Shown here piece after piece: positions 52,178 to 61,864 of a stretch of 64,000 bases of DNA (its first letter is position 1; the number at the start of each line of letters is the position of its first letter). The notes under the pieces were generated by a model. That model worked only from the letters and a program-made list of their open reading frames with translations, searched no databases and was not told where the DNA came from. The translations under genes were made by a program, and so were the position numbers. This DNA comes from an uncultured Verrucomicrobiae bacterium (GTDB lineage Bacteria; Verrucomicrobiota; Verrucomicrobiia; Chthoniobacterales; JAFAMB01), in the NCBI GenBank assembly GCA_963782115.1, contig CAWAIK010000004.1:64001-128000 (forward strand), written 5' to 3'.

Positions 52178-52861
52178 ATGAAACTCTTGTCCACAATCAC
52201 TACCGAAGATCGCTGGGTCATCGGTTCCATCGCCTTGACCCTGAGCGGAATTATCCTGGGCGCCCTGCTCGCTGAGCCACGGGCGTTCGGCGTCACTGCC
52301 CTGACCGTCATCGGCCTACTGTTCATCGCTTGGTCTGTCACACACAGTCCGCGACTTTCCTGGCTACTCGTGTTCGGCCTGGTCGCGGGCGTGCTGGAAC
52401 TCTGGGCCGACTGGGTGCATGTCGTTTACTTCCATTCGCTCGTCTATACCGACTACTTCGGCTTCCACCTTCTCGCCTCACCCTCCTATATGCCTATCGC
52501 TTGGTGGCTGACCGTCGTCCAGTTCGGTTATCTTGCACTACGCCTGGCCGACCGTTGGCCAACCTGGTCTGCTGTTGGAGTACCGACAGCCCTTGGGATG
52601 ACTCTGCCGCCTTGGTACGAGGAGTTCGCGCCATCAGCCCGAGCCTGGTATTATCCGCCACATGGGGTGATGCTCTCCCATACGCCGCTCTGGATCATTT
52701 TTACTTACGGTGGCTGCATGTTCGCTATTGCGTCCTCTGCTGTGCTGTTATATCGACCGCAGGCCTGGGGCCGAGCGGTGATAGGTGGCATATTCACTGG
52801 CGCCGGCATTATGTTCTCGAGCGTAATATGGTTTGCTTTACTGGGAGGAGCTGAGAGCTGA
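52178..52861 (+). CDS. Multi-pass membrane protein of unknown function
   Basis: About 7 hydrophobic segments. Start uncertain. Confidence 0.7.
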   Translation: MKLLSTITTEDRWVIGSIALTLSGIILGALLAEPRAFGVTALTVIGLLFIAWSVTHSPRLSWLLVFGLVAGVLELWADWVHVVYFHSLVYTDYFGFHLLASPSYMPIAWWLTVVQFGYLALRLADRWPTWSAVGVPTALGMTLPPWYEEFAPSARAWYYPPHGVMLSHTPLWIIFTYGGCMFAIASSAVLLYRPQAWGRAVIGGIFTGAGIMFSSVIWFALLGGAES

Positions 52862-53112
52862 GTCGGTCGTGACAGAAGGGTCGTGTCTGCAGCCACCCAA
52901 CCAGTCGCTGCATAACCTGTACTCCGGATACGCACCCTGCAGATAATGAATGTGTTGGACAAGACACTGGACGCCCTCCCCTGCTCCACCCTCCCCTCTC
53001 AAGATCGTGACGCATCGGTGTCATAACGCCTCGAAACGCGGGTTATGACAGGCTAAAGGCTAGCCGAGACTAATTACTTCTGGAGCCGTCTGCATAGAGA
53101 ACTGCGGACTGA

Positions 53113-53355
53113 TCAAGGAGCGTCGGAGTTTCGCGTGATTCTTTCATCCGCTACACCTTGCCCCACGGTCCTGACTTCGTCTGGTATCCATCCGTCAATG
53201 CGATACACCGAAAGCTCTTCGTGAGGGCTCGGGATGAGCGCTATTGGCCTGAGCTTGCAGCCAAGCCTATTGTCTTTGTAAAGCCAGCCGTCCGTTAAGA
53301 CGAAGCGAGCAAGCTCCTCCTGGTCATTCACGAATCTCGCGCAAGGTGCGATCAC
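53113..53355 (-). CDS. Hypothetical protein, third gene of the TIGR04255-like operon (possibly truncated)
   Basis: GTG overlaps the upstream TGA (GTGA). EELARFVL...ELSVYR motif. Confidence 0.55.
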   Translation of the reverse strand: MIAPCARFVNDQEELARFVLTDGWLYKDNRLGCKLRPIALIPSPHEELSVYRIDGWIPDEVRTVGQGVADERITRNSDAP

Positions 53356-53843
53356 CAACCGTATACGCGTCTCAAGTTTTCCCCGACCGATCGTGGCAAA
53401 TCTTGAACAAACGTCGCCGTTCCGTGAACTGTCTCCGATCCAAATATACCGGCGAAGGCCAAAAGATCTTCCTCTCCAATGCTGACGATGAATCTGCGAC
53501 CGTTGCCGGGCGCCCATTCGAATGCCAAGGATCCATTCGGAGTTGCGGCTGCGGTAGGCGACGGAAAACGTTTCAATACATGGTCCAGGAACGTTTTGGC
53601 TCTCAGAAAAGCTTCGTCAGGAACGGCGTTCGCGCCGTACCCATCCCAGCCCGGTTCCCGGCTGTCGAGGAAGGCATCTTGCAGCTCACGGACGGCATGT
53701 GCCTGAAGAGCTTCTGCGTTCTGAAAGGATTGCAGGACTTTTTCGAGCGCCTCGGAAAGCCTCGTGGCCTCATCACTGGTCGCTCGGCTCGGGCCCGCGT
53801 CAAAACTGTCAGCGGAATATCGGAAGTTTACTGCCGTGCTCAC
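53352..53843 (-). CDS. Hypothetical protein with WDGYGA motif
   Basis: PGWDGYGA...PNGSLAFEW. GTGA overlap with the upstream gene. Confidence 0.75.
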   Translation of the reverse strand: MSTAVNFRYSADSFDAGPSRATSDEATRLSEALEKVLQSFQNAEALQAHAVRELQDAFLDSREPGWDGYGANAVPDEAFLRAKTFLDHVLKRFPSPTAAATPNGSLAFEWAPGNGRRFIVSIGEEDLLAFAGIFGSETVHGTATFVQDLPRSVGENLRRVYGW

Positions 53844-54592
53844 TTGTACATTTCTACGACCTTTTCGGTAATGCTTTCAAAAAAATACTTATCTTTGAGT
53901 TGCCGCAAGGTCCCAAAGCGCTGAAGAGCGGCATCGGGATCTGCCGATCGGGACGTCTCCTCGAAAACATCAATATCCAGAATAATTGGAATTTGTCCAG
54001 GTGTGGCACCGGGAGGCTGTATCGCCTGCGTGATGCGAGCTGCCACTCCGGTCCCTGGATCCAATATCTGGATCTGTGTAAGAAAGCCCGTCAACACCGC
54101 TCCGGTTCCCTTCAGATACGGTGGCGGCGCGGTGAGGAAGGGGGTGAGGTCCACGACTTCGGCTTCTGGCAATAAGAGTCGGTTGATGTAACGAACTCCG
54201 ACGCGCGTGACCTCTTCCGGATGGCCAACCTCAAAGAAAATGTGATAAAGGCGAGCCGCCTCTGAAAAAAACTGCTCCCAGTTTGTGTACGGAGCCAGAT
54301 GACTGAAGGTAAAGCCATCCTTCTGAAATTGGGCGATGCGCTTCCCGTCGGAGCTATCATAGCGAAAGCCGGTGAGCCCCTGGTGAACAATCCTGCTCTT
54401 GGGCGGAACGCCGAGCTCCGCTTGAAAGGTCAGCTGCATTTGCGTCAAGGGTTGAGGCTCTTTGTACCCGGGACCGAAGCGTTCCTGCAGGCCGGCAAAT
54501 ACTTCAACGTTGAACTCGGCGGGCATCCGAACGCGTAAATCAATTACGGACTCTACAAGTGGGGCGTTCGTGAGGTGTGCGGGTTGAGCCAT
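53840..54592 (-). CDS. TIGR04255-like protein
   Basis: NAPLVESVIDLR, YTNWEQF, RVGVRYINR, ILDIDV, FFESIT. Confidence 0.8.
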   Translation of the reverse strand: MAQPAHLTNAPLVESVIDLRVRMPAEFNVEVFAGLQERFGPGYKEPQPLTQMQLTFQAELGVPPKSRIVHQGLTGFRYDSSDGKRIAQFQKDGFTFSHLAPYTNWEQFFSEAARLYHIFFEVGHPEEVTRVGVRYINRLLLPEAEVVDLTPFLTAPPPYLKGTGAVLTGFLTQIQILDPGTGVAARITQAIQPPGATPGQIPIILDIDVFEETSRSADPDAALQRFGTLRQLKDKYFFESITEKVVEMYK

Positions 54593-54759
54593 TCGCGGTT
54601 AATACGAACGAGTTTATCGATCGCGCCGGTCAGCGTCACTTTTTAGTTTCACCGTTTTGCAGTCACGACACGAAGGTGTCAGAATTGTCTGGCTCGAGAG
54701 GAGCAAATTTGGACAATTTTAGGCGTCGAGCGTGAATTCGCGGCGATTGAGCGAATGGA

Positions 54760-54968
54760 CGACAGTGCGGAGAGCAGGCAACCGGAGCAGCCTGGCTTAC
54801 TGCTATTGGGCTTGGGGCCTGCTCGCGCGCGAACAGCGTGATCGCAAGACGGAGCGGGAAAAGCCGGCTGCCGCCCTTGATATATTCACCAAACTGAACA
54901 TGCCGCGGGAACGCGATGAAGTGAGAGCGAAAATGGAGAAGACGACAGGGGCTGGCACAACCACCTAA
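54760..54968 (+). pseudogene. TPR-protein C-terminal fragment
   Basis: SLAYCYWAWGLLAREQ...AALDIFTKLNMP. Confidence 0.5.
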
Positions 54969-55208
54969 AAAGTCCGAAAGAGCGGCAAGAGTTGTAAAAT
55001 CATCAGGACGAAAGTCTTAGTGTCTGCATTCGACACCCGAAAGTTGTTATGCAGAAAAAACTCCTCGGCTTGCCGCAAGTCAATCTTGTCTAGAATGTCG
55101 GAAGAACCATTCTTCAGCTGGAGCATCGCCTCAACGTCTCGCGCAACAGTCTTTTGGGTTTGGCTAAGTGGCGTTATTATAGCTGACATCCTTACCATCG
55201 GGTTCGGC

Positions 55209-55331
55209 AAAGAAACCCGGCGCGTTGCCGCGGCTGCGGAGATTCTTCAAATCAATTTCCTGGATCACATTATCGCCGGCCAGGATTACTTCAGTTTTCA
55301 GGAAGCTGGAGTTTTGGGATGTCCATTTTAA
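55209..55331 (+). pseudogene. radC: RadC/JAB domain C-terminal fragment
   Basis: TRRVAAAAEILQINFLDHIIAG..YFSFQEAG. Confidence 0.7.
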
Positions 55332-55334
55332 CCT

Positions 55335-55701
55335 CTGGTACAGGCAGACTAGAAAGCGAATCGCCGTGCTTTGGCGACGGGATCGCCGCGCGGGCCACGA
55401 ACGTTTTATCCTCGAAGTAAAGAGGCTGTCGTCCATAGATCGCCGGGTGACCGGCACAATAAATCACCATGTCCCCGGCCGCAGTAATGCGATCGTGCTC
55501 GTCCTTCTGCGGACCTGGCATCCGCTGGCATTCATCTGGCGTCAGCAGAGGCCGTTGCACTTCCTGCATCGTCCTAGACACTTGAGTTCCTAAGAACCCG
55601 CGGCCCGATCGCGTCACTTGTTCTTTGAGTAATCGTCGTTGTTCCGGTGAGCTTTGAGAGGTGCGCGGCTGTTTCCAACCGGTTAGGCGGGAAAGCAGCT
55701 T
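55335..55701 (-). pseudogene. traG: TraG/VirD4 C-terminal fragment
   Basis: QVSRTMQEVQRPLLTPDECQRMPGP...GDMVIYCAGHPAIYGRQPLYF. Confidence 0.82.
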
Positions 55702-55702
55702 G

Positions 55703-55767
55703 GTGTCAGACGCAAAGTTATTTGCGAATCGGTCAGCGCTATTTGCGAATGACTTTGCGTCTGACAC
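55703..55767. repeat. 65-nt hairpin with perfect 16-bp inverted ends
   Basis: GTGTCAGACGCAAAGT ... ACTTTGCGTCTGACAC. Confidence 0.9.
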
Positions 55768-56728
55768 GAAGTTGCTTCCGCTGATGGCCTACGGTTCGTC
55801 GTTCCTGTCAGGACTATCCACGCAGGCCCAAATCCAAAGTATTTCGGCTATGAGCGCGGCGTTACTTATTACAACCTCGTTTCGGATCAGTTCACCGGTC
55901 TGAACGCGATAGTTGTGCCAGGAACTCTGCGAGACAGTCTTGTACTGTTGGCTGTCGTTCTCGAACAACCAACAGAACTTAATCCAATCGAGATCATGAC
56001 GGATACAGGGGCGTACACCGATGTTGTATTCGGCCTATTCTGGTTGCTCGGCTATCTGTTCAGCCCTCGCATTGCGGACATCGGCGGTGCAAGATACTGG
56101 CGGATCGATCCGTCGGCTGACTATGGTTGCCTGAAGGGCATTGCTCGTCACCGGATTAACGCGAAACTGATCGCGGAGCACTGGGACGACCTTCTCCGGC
56201 TGGCGGGATCGCTCAAGCTCGGCGTGGTTCAGGCTACCTCGGTTATGAGAACGCTTCAGATCGGCGATCGACCAACGAAGCTGGCTCAAGCTGTAGCCGA
56301 GCTCGGGCGGATCGACAAGACAATTCACGCTCTCACCTACATCGATGACGAGGCCAAACGTCGACGAATTCTGAATCAACTCAATAAAGGCGAGGATCGT
56401 CACAAATTGGCTCGCGCCGTGTTTTCATGGTAAACAAGGTGAACTGCGGCAGAGATACCGCGAGGGCCAGGAAGATCAGCTCGGAGCGCTGGGGTTAGTT
56501 GTCAATATGATCGTTCTTTGGAATATACTCTATATCAACGCTGCACTCGAGCAGCTTGCTCGCGAAGGACATCACGTTACACCAGAAGATGTAGCTCGTC
56601 TTTCGCCGCTAGTCTTCGAGCATATCAATTTGCTCGGTCGCTACGCTTTCTCTGTCCCGGAAGCAGTTACTCGGGGTGAATTGCGGCCGTTAAGAAACCC
56701 AGCCGAAGCCATCGAAGAGGTTGCTTGA
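55768..56728 (+). pseudogene. Tn3-family transposase C-terminal fragment (frameshift ~56425)
   Basis: ASADGLRF, TDTGAY, LNKGE, HINLLGRY. Confidence 0.9.
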
Positions 56729-56838
56729 AATTTGCTTAAACCGGTTTTCTGCTCCTAATGTCGAGTTCATCGTAATGCCGAGTAGAGTCGGCGAACGCGC
56801 ACGCGGAGCGGGTTTCAATAGTGGTCGACTCGGCATTA

Positions 56839-57861
56839 TCAGAGCGAGCTCAGGAACCGAAGCAGCTCGTCATCGGCCTGGAATCGTTTTGTTTTTTGAC
56901 CTGCGGACGCCATTTTTTTGAGAGCCTTCTCCTTCATAGCCAGATCCGCTTCGATATAGCCGTGAGTTGTCTGAATGCTCTCGTGGCCGAGCCACAAAGC
57001 TATGACCGTAATGTCAACTCCTGCCTGAAGAAGATGCATTCCACTTGTATGTCGAATGAGATGAGGAGTGACGCGCTTGTGGGCAAGACTTGGGCAGCTT
57101 GTGGCACTTCGCTCAACAGCCTGTTGAAGGATGTAGGCGACGCCATCTCGGCTCAAGGCCGCGCCACGGGCATTGGGGAAAGCTGTCGCTGCGCGATACC
57201 GTGCATCTGAGTTCAGTTCCTCAAACCATGTTCGCAGGGTGCGGCTTGTCGACGACCACAGAGGAACCGCTCGCTCCTTTCTTCCCTTGCCCTTGAACTG
57301 CACGAAACTCTTGGTTCCAAACTGAACCTGAGATCTCTGAAGTCCCGTAATCTCCGACACACGGGCTCCGGTGTTGTAAAGGGTGAGTAGCAACGCGTGA
57401 TCGCGTCGTCCAGCCCATTGGCTCAGGTCATGTGCGTTGAGCAATGCGTCCATTTCCTTTCGCGTCAGGTAACCGAGCAGCCGCTTATCGGTCCGTTTGA
57501 CCGGAATGGCCAACACTCGTGTAGCAACGCCAACACTGCCTGGATCCCGGATTGTTACCATCCGAAAAAAGGAGTGTACTGCCGCCAGCCGTACGTTGCG
57601 CGATTGTGCCTGATTGTTTCTTTGACACTCCAGGTAATCCAGGAAACTCAAGATCGCCGGGGCTTCCAGATCGAGAGTATGGAGCGCCGATGGCTCTTTT
57701 TCTGTTGTCTGTCGCAAATACTGCAACAGGAGCCGGAAGGTGTCCCTGTAGCTTTCCACCGTACGAGCACTCGCCCGCTTCTGCCCATAAAGGTAATCGA
57801 TGAAGAACGCCTGGAGTAACGGCCCTACTGGCGTCAGGCCGGCGGCCATAACGGGCTTCAT
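56839..57861 (-). CDS. RIT tyrosine recombinase C (intact)
   Basis: GARVSE, GKGRKER, HLIRH, LGHESIQTTHGY. Confidence 0.92.
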   Translation of the reverse strand: MKPVMAAGLTPVGPLLQAFFIDYLYGQKRASARTVESYRDTFRLLLQYLRQTTEKEPSALHTLDLEAPAILSFLDYLECQRNNQAQSRNVRLAAVHSFFRMVTIRDPGSVGVATRVLAIPVKRTDKRLLGYLTRKEMDALLNAHDLSQWAGRRDHALLLTLYNTGARVSEITGLQRSQVQFGTKSFVQFKGKGRKERAVPLWSSTSRTLRTWFEELNSDARYRAATAFPNARGAALSRDGVAYILQQAVERSATSCPSLAHKRVTPHLIRHTSGMHLLQAGVDITVIALWLGHESIQTTHGYIEADLAMKEKALKKMASAGQKTKRFQADDELLRFLSSL

Positions 57862-58813
57862 TGCTGAACTCCTTGTGTGTACTGGCAAAAAGCCTCGGCG
57901 GCGGTGCTCAACAGTTCAGGCGTTGCCGTCAGATACCAGTAGGTATGCGCAGGTTGAACGTGCCCCATGTAGACTGAGAGGTGGGGAACCAGATCCCTCA
58001 CGTTAATTCCGGCGCGCTGCCATTCGATCATCCTACTGACGGCGAAAACATGGCGAAGGGAATGAATGCCAGGTCTGCCAGTGCCGGGGCGCTTGCAAAT
58101 CCCGGCACGGTGAGCAAGCCCAGAGAAGGTCTGGTGACATGTCCGATAGCTGAGGTGAGCACCCCACTCAGACACGAAGAAAGCATCCGACAACGCATCG
58201 TAGCCCAGTCGCTTCCTTTGGGCAGCGTACTGAGCGATCTTCTCGGCGCACGAGGGATGCAGAGGAACCAGACGCGACTTTCGGAATTTGGTTTGAACAA
58301 CCTGCAGGTGCGGATGTCTGCAACTGAGTCGGACCTCCTCCACCTTTAAGCGAAGGGCTTCCCCGACGCGCAACCCAGAACTGGCGAGCAGACCGATCAA
58401 TGCCACGTAGGTGTGCGGCCGCAACGAATCGTTGGGACCGAGTCGCAACGCTTCCTTCATTATCATTAATGCGGCGATCTCATCGGGTGAGTAGAGATAC
58501 GGCAGAGGCCGCAGGATGGGTGGCAGCACTCTCGGACCAGGCACCTCGGTCTCAAACTCGAAGGCTTGGAGATGGGACAGGAAACCGCGCACCACTCGTA
58601 ACCGGTTGGTCTGTCCGGACGGTGCAGGTCCATGTGCTGGCGCACAGACCACTCGATTGCCGTCTGCGCTCGAATCGGACCAGAAGCTCCGTTGAGTTCC
58701 AGGAACCGGACAAAGTTATTGAGCAGTTTTTCTTCCGATCGACAACCGTATCCGAGTGCTTTTCGAACAGCGACGTAGCATTCCACGCGCAATAGAAGGT
58801 CGCCGGTACTCAT
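57858..58813 (-). pseudogene. RIT tyrosine recombinase B (frameshift ~58647)
   Basis: GLRVGE, TKFRKSRLVP, HSLRH, MGH...TYWY. Two ORFs in different frames. Confidence 0.88.
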
Positions 58814-60067
58814 TGGTTACCTCCAGGCCATGGCATTGCTACCTCAGACAGCGAATCCAGATCGAGCTTGGCGTAGATCTCAGCGGTGGCAAGCGACTGA
58901 TGCCCCAGCACATCGGCAACCTCTTTGAACGTACTGCCTCGAGCGACCATTTGCGTCGCCAGACTATGGCGCAGCACATGGGCGCCCGGTCTGTGTACGG
59001 AAACTCCGGCGCGCCGGAGCAATTTTTGAATGAGGGTGCAGATGCTGACCGAACGACGGAGCGGGCGAAACGGAGCCTTCCATCGAAGGAACAGTTCTCG
59101 ATGTGAACTGGCCGGGCGCGCCCTCTTGAGATATGCGACCAAAGCATCACCGACTTCCTGGCAAAGAGGCAGACTGCGTTCTCGGTGATTTTTTGCTGCC
59201 CGAATCAGCAGGCATCCACAGGCCCAGTCAATGTCATCGATTCGCAAACCTATTACTTCGCATGCGCGCAACCCCAAACGAGCCAACAAAAGAGCGATGG
59301 CTCGCTCTCGCAACCCATAGGCCGAATTTGGATCACAGGCCGCAATAAATGCGTTCGATCTCATCGGCTGAAACAGCTCTGGGCAATACCGAATGCCGCC
59401 AGGTCCGTACAGAAGGGACTGCGCCAGTAAGCCCTGCCGGAATGACTCCGGTGCTGGTCAAGAAGCGCAGGAATGCGCGCATGGCCGTAACCGGTTGCCC
59501 ACAACTGATCGGTTGCAGTTTGGCAGCTTCGCGTCGAACGAAATCAACGACGGCGTCCGCGCTGAGCTTTTGCCATTCGATCTCAGCATGACCAAAACAC
59601 TCATCCAGAAACCGACGAGCGTAGAGCAGATAATTACTACGACTTCGCGGAGCACAGCCTAAAGTGCGTTCCAGATGAGAGTCGAATTCGGCCAGCCATT
59701 TTCCCGCGCTGGTTAATGGAGTCTCTACGGCGGGCGCTATCACCCCTTGGGACTTCAAAAATTCCAGCAACTCATGCAGACCCTGAGCACTGTGCGGCAA
59801 TCTGCCGTTGGGTGTGGAAGCAGAATATAACCTCCCTCCTCCTTCGATGTAGCGATCCAGAGTCGCTCTAGTCAAATCGCCAACCGTCAGCCTCTGGTCA
59901 GTGAGCCAGACTCCAAAGTGATCGGCGGCACGTAAGTGACGCCGAATGCAGCCTCTTGAATAGCCTTCCTCATGGAGGGAAGCGGCAAATACTGGAAGGT
60001 AGGGTCCAAAGACTCCTTCCTGCAAACGACTCAGCACCTTTGGCTGAGTAAAAAATTGCTTAATCAT
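58810..60067 (-). pseudogene. RIT tyrosine recombinase A (frameshift ~59350)
   Basis: LGLRACE, HVLRHS, LGHQ...IYAK. Two ORFs in different frames. Confidence 0.88.
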
Positions 60068-60266
60068 GGTCTTCTCTCTTGTTCGGTGTCTTACCGGACT
60101 GAAGAAGCCATCTCAGGATAATGCCGAGTACATCAACTCCGGGATCGTGAGTTGGCCGAGTCTCATCACAAGCGGAGCGACTCTACTCGGCATTACGATG
60201 AACTCGACATTAGGAACGGAAAGTCCGGTTAAGCCATCGTCAGCGACTATTGCGGCGTTGTACGAG

Positions 60267-61532
60267 CTATTCTTGGTCAGCAATCGGATTGCGCAATGGC
60301 CGCAGTTCGCCCCGCGCTACGGTTTCGGGCATCGCGAATGAATACCGGCCCAACATGTTGATGTGGTCGTGGATAAGCGGAGAAAGTCTGGCGACATCCG
60401 CCTCGCAAACCTGGTGTCCCTCCAGGCGCAACTGATTGAGGACAGCCTCCATGTAGATTGTGTTCCACAAGACGATCATGTTAACAACGAGTCCCAGCGC
60501 ACCGAGTTGATCCTCCTGTCCCTCCCGATAGCGCTGACGCAGTTCGCCTCGCTTGCCGTGGAAGATAGCGCGCCCCAGGCTGTGCCGTCCCTCGCCTCGG
60601 TTGAGCTGGGTTAGCGTGCTCCTGCGCTTGTTTTCGTCGTCGATCATATTCAGTGTGTGCAGTGTCTTATCGATCCGACCGAATTCAGCGATGGCCTGCG
60701 CCAATCGAGTCGGATTGTCGCCGACCTGCAGAGTGCGCATGATGCCAGTTGCCGGCACCCGTCCCAGCAAGAGTGAGCCGGTGAGCCGCAATATGTCGTC
60801 CCAATGCGGCGAGATGCGTTGCAGGCGGAGCCGATGCTGCGAGATGACGTTGAGCTTTCCATAATCGGCATTGGGGTCGATGCGCCAGAAGCGTGTTCCT
60901 CCGATGTCCGCTAAGCGGGGGCTGAAGCGGTAGCCTAATAGGCGGAATAATCCAAAGACGACATCGCTGTAGGCGCCCGTATCGGTCATGATCTGCGTCG
61001 GCTTCAATTCGGTTTGCTGTTCGAGCACGACCGCCAGCAGAACCAGACTGTCACGCAGAGTGCCTGGGGTCGGGATCGCGTTGAGTCCGGTGAACTGATC
61101 GGAGAGCAAGTTGTACCAAGTCACGCCTTTGAGCTGGCCGAAGTACTTTGGATTGGGACCGGCATGCACGGTGCGGATCGGCACGACGAAGCGCATGCCA
61201 TCAGCGGAAGCTACTTCGCCGCCACCCCACACATGCGCCAACGCGATGCGGTTTTGTGCGAAGACCAGCTTGGCATTGGCCGCGGTCAATGTGTCATCAC
61301 GGACATAGTTTTGTTTGACCCAGGCCAAACGGTCCCGGCGCAGGGCCGGATTGTGGTAGCGGATAAACGGTTCGGGGCCGGTGTTGCAGGCCTCTGCCGT
61401 CAGCACCGCGCACACGCTGGTCGTCAGATCGGCAACGCGTGCCGTACGTTCCGTGAGGTGCGTAAACGCCTCGGCAAAGCCGGTGCGGGCGGCAATCTCA
61501 ACCACGATTTCCGGAATGTCGACTCGAGGCAA
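60267..61532 (-). pseudogene. Tn3-family transposase C-terminal fragment
   Basis: LPRVDIPE, ASADGMRF, TDTGAY, LNRGE, HINMLGRY. 5' half missing. Confidence 0.92.
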
Positions 61533-61864
61533 CTAGTTGCGACTACCAGTTATTGAGCAGAACAAATGCGCGGCAGTGCTGTCAATATAAAATTTACTGC
61601 ATCTTCACGCTAAATCACGCTAATAGCCACCGTCGCGGCGATTACCCTTGGTATGCTCTCCGAGCCTCTTCCGTCGCGACGCCAGCCTAAAAATGCTGTG
61701 CGTTATGCAGGACAAAAGTTATGCCAGGCTAAATTTCTTTGGCGGGTTCGCCTGTAAACCCCTCCTCCACCCTCCCTCGCCCACTACTGGCATCGATTGC
61801 AGTAAAATCGTAGACTGCATCACTTCGAGTCAGATTTTTGCAATTAAATCGTAGATCAACCGGA

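Larger units (their letters stand above)
56756..60212 (-). mobile_element. RIT element (recombinases in trio)
   Basis: Three overlapping tyrosine recombinase genes. Perfect 35-bp terminal IR TAATGTCGAGTTCATCGTAATGCCGAGTAGAGTCG (56756-56790, 60178-60212). Extra TAATGCCGAGT sites near 56828 and 60119. Confidence 0.93.

Noticed and set aside
55291..55767. 158-aa ORF with SDAKSFAN/SDTKLL repeats
   Set aside because: The N-terminal repeats are translation of the 65-nt DNA hairpin fused to a traG fragment.
58466..59364. Programmed frameshifting in RIT genes A and B
   Set aside because: No slippery heptamer seen at either break. Decay or sequencing error is more likely.
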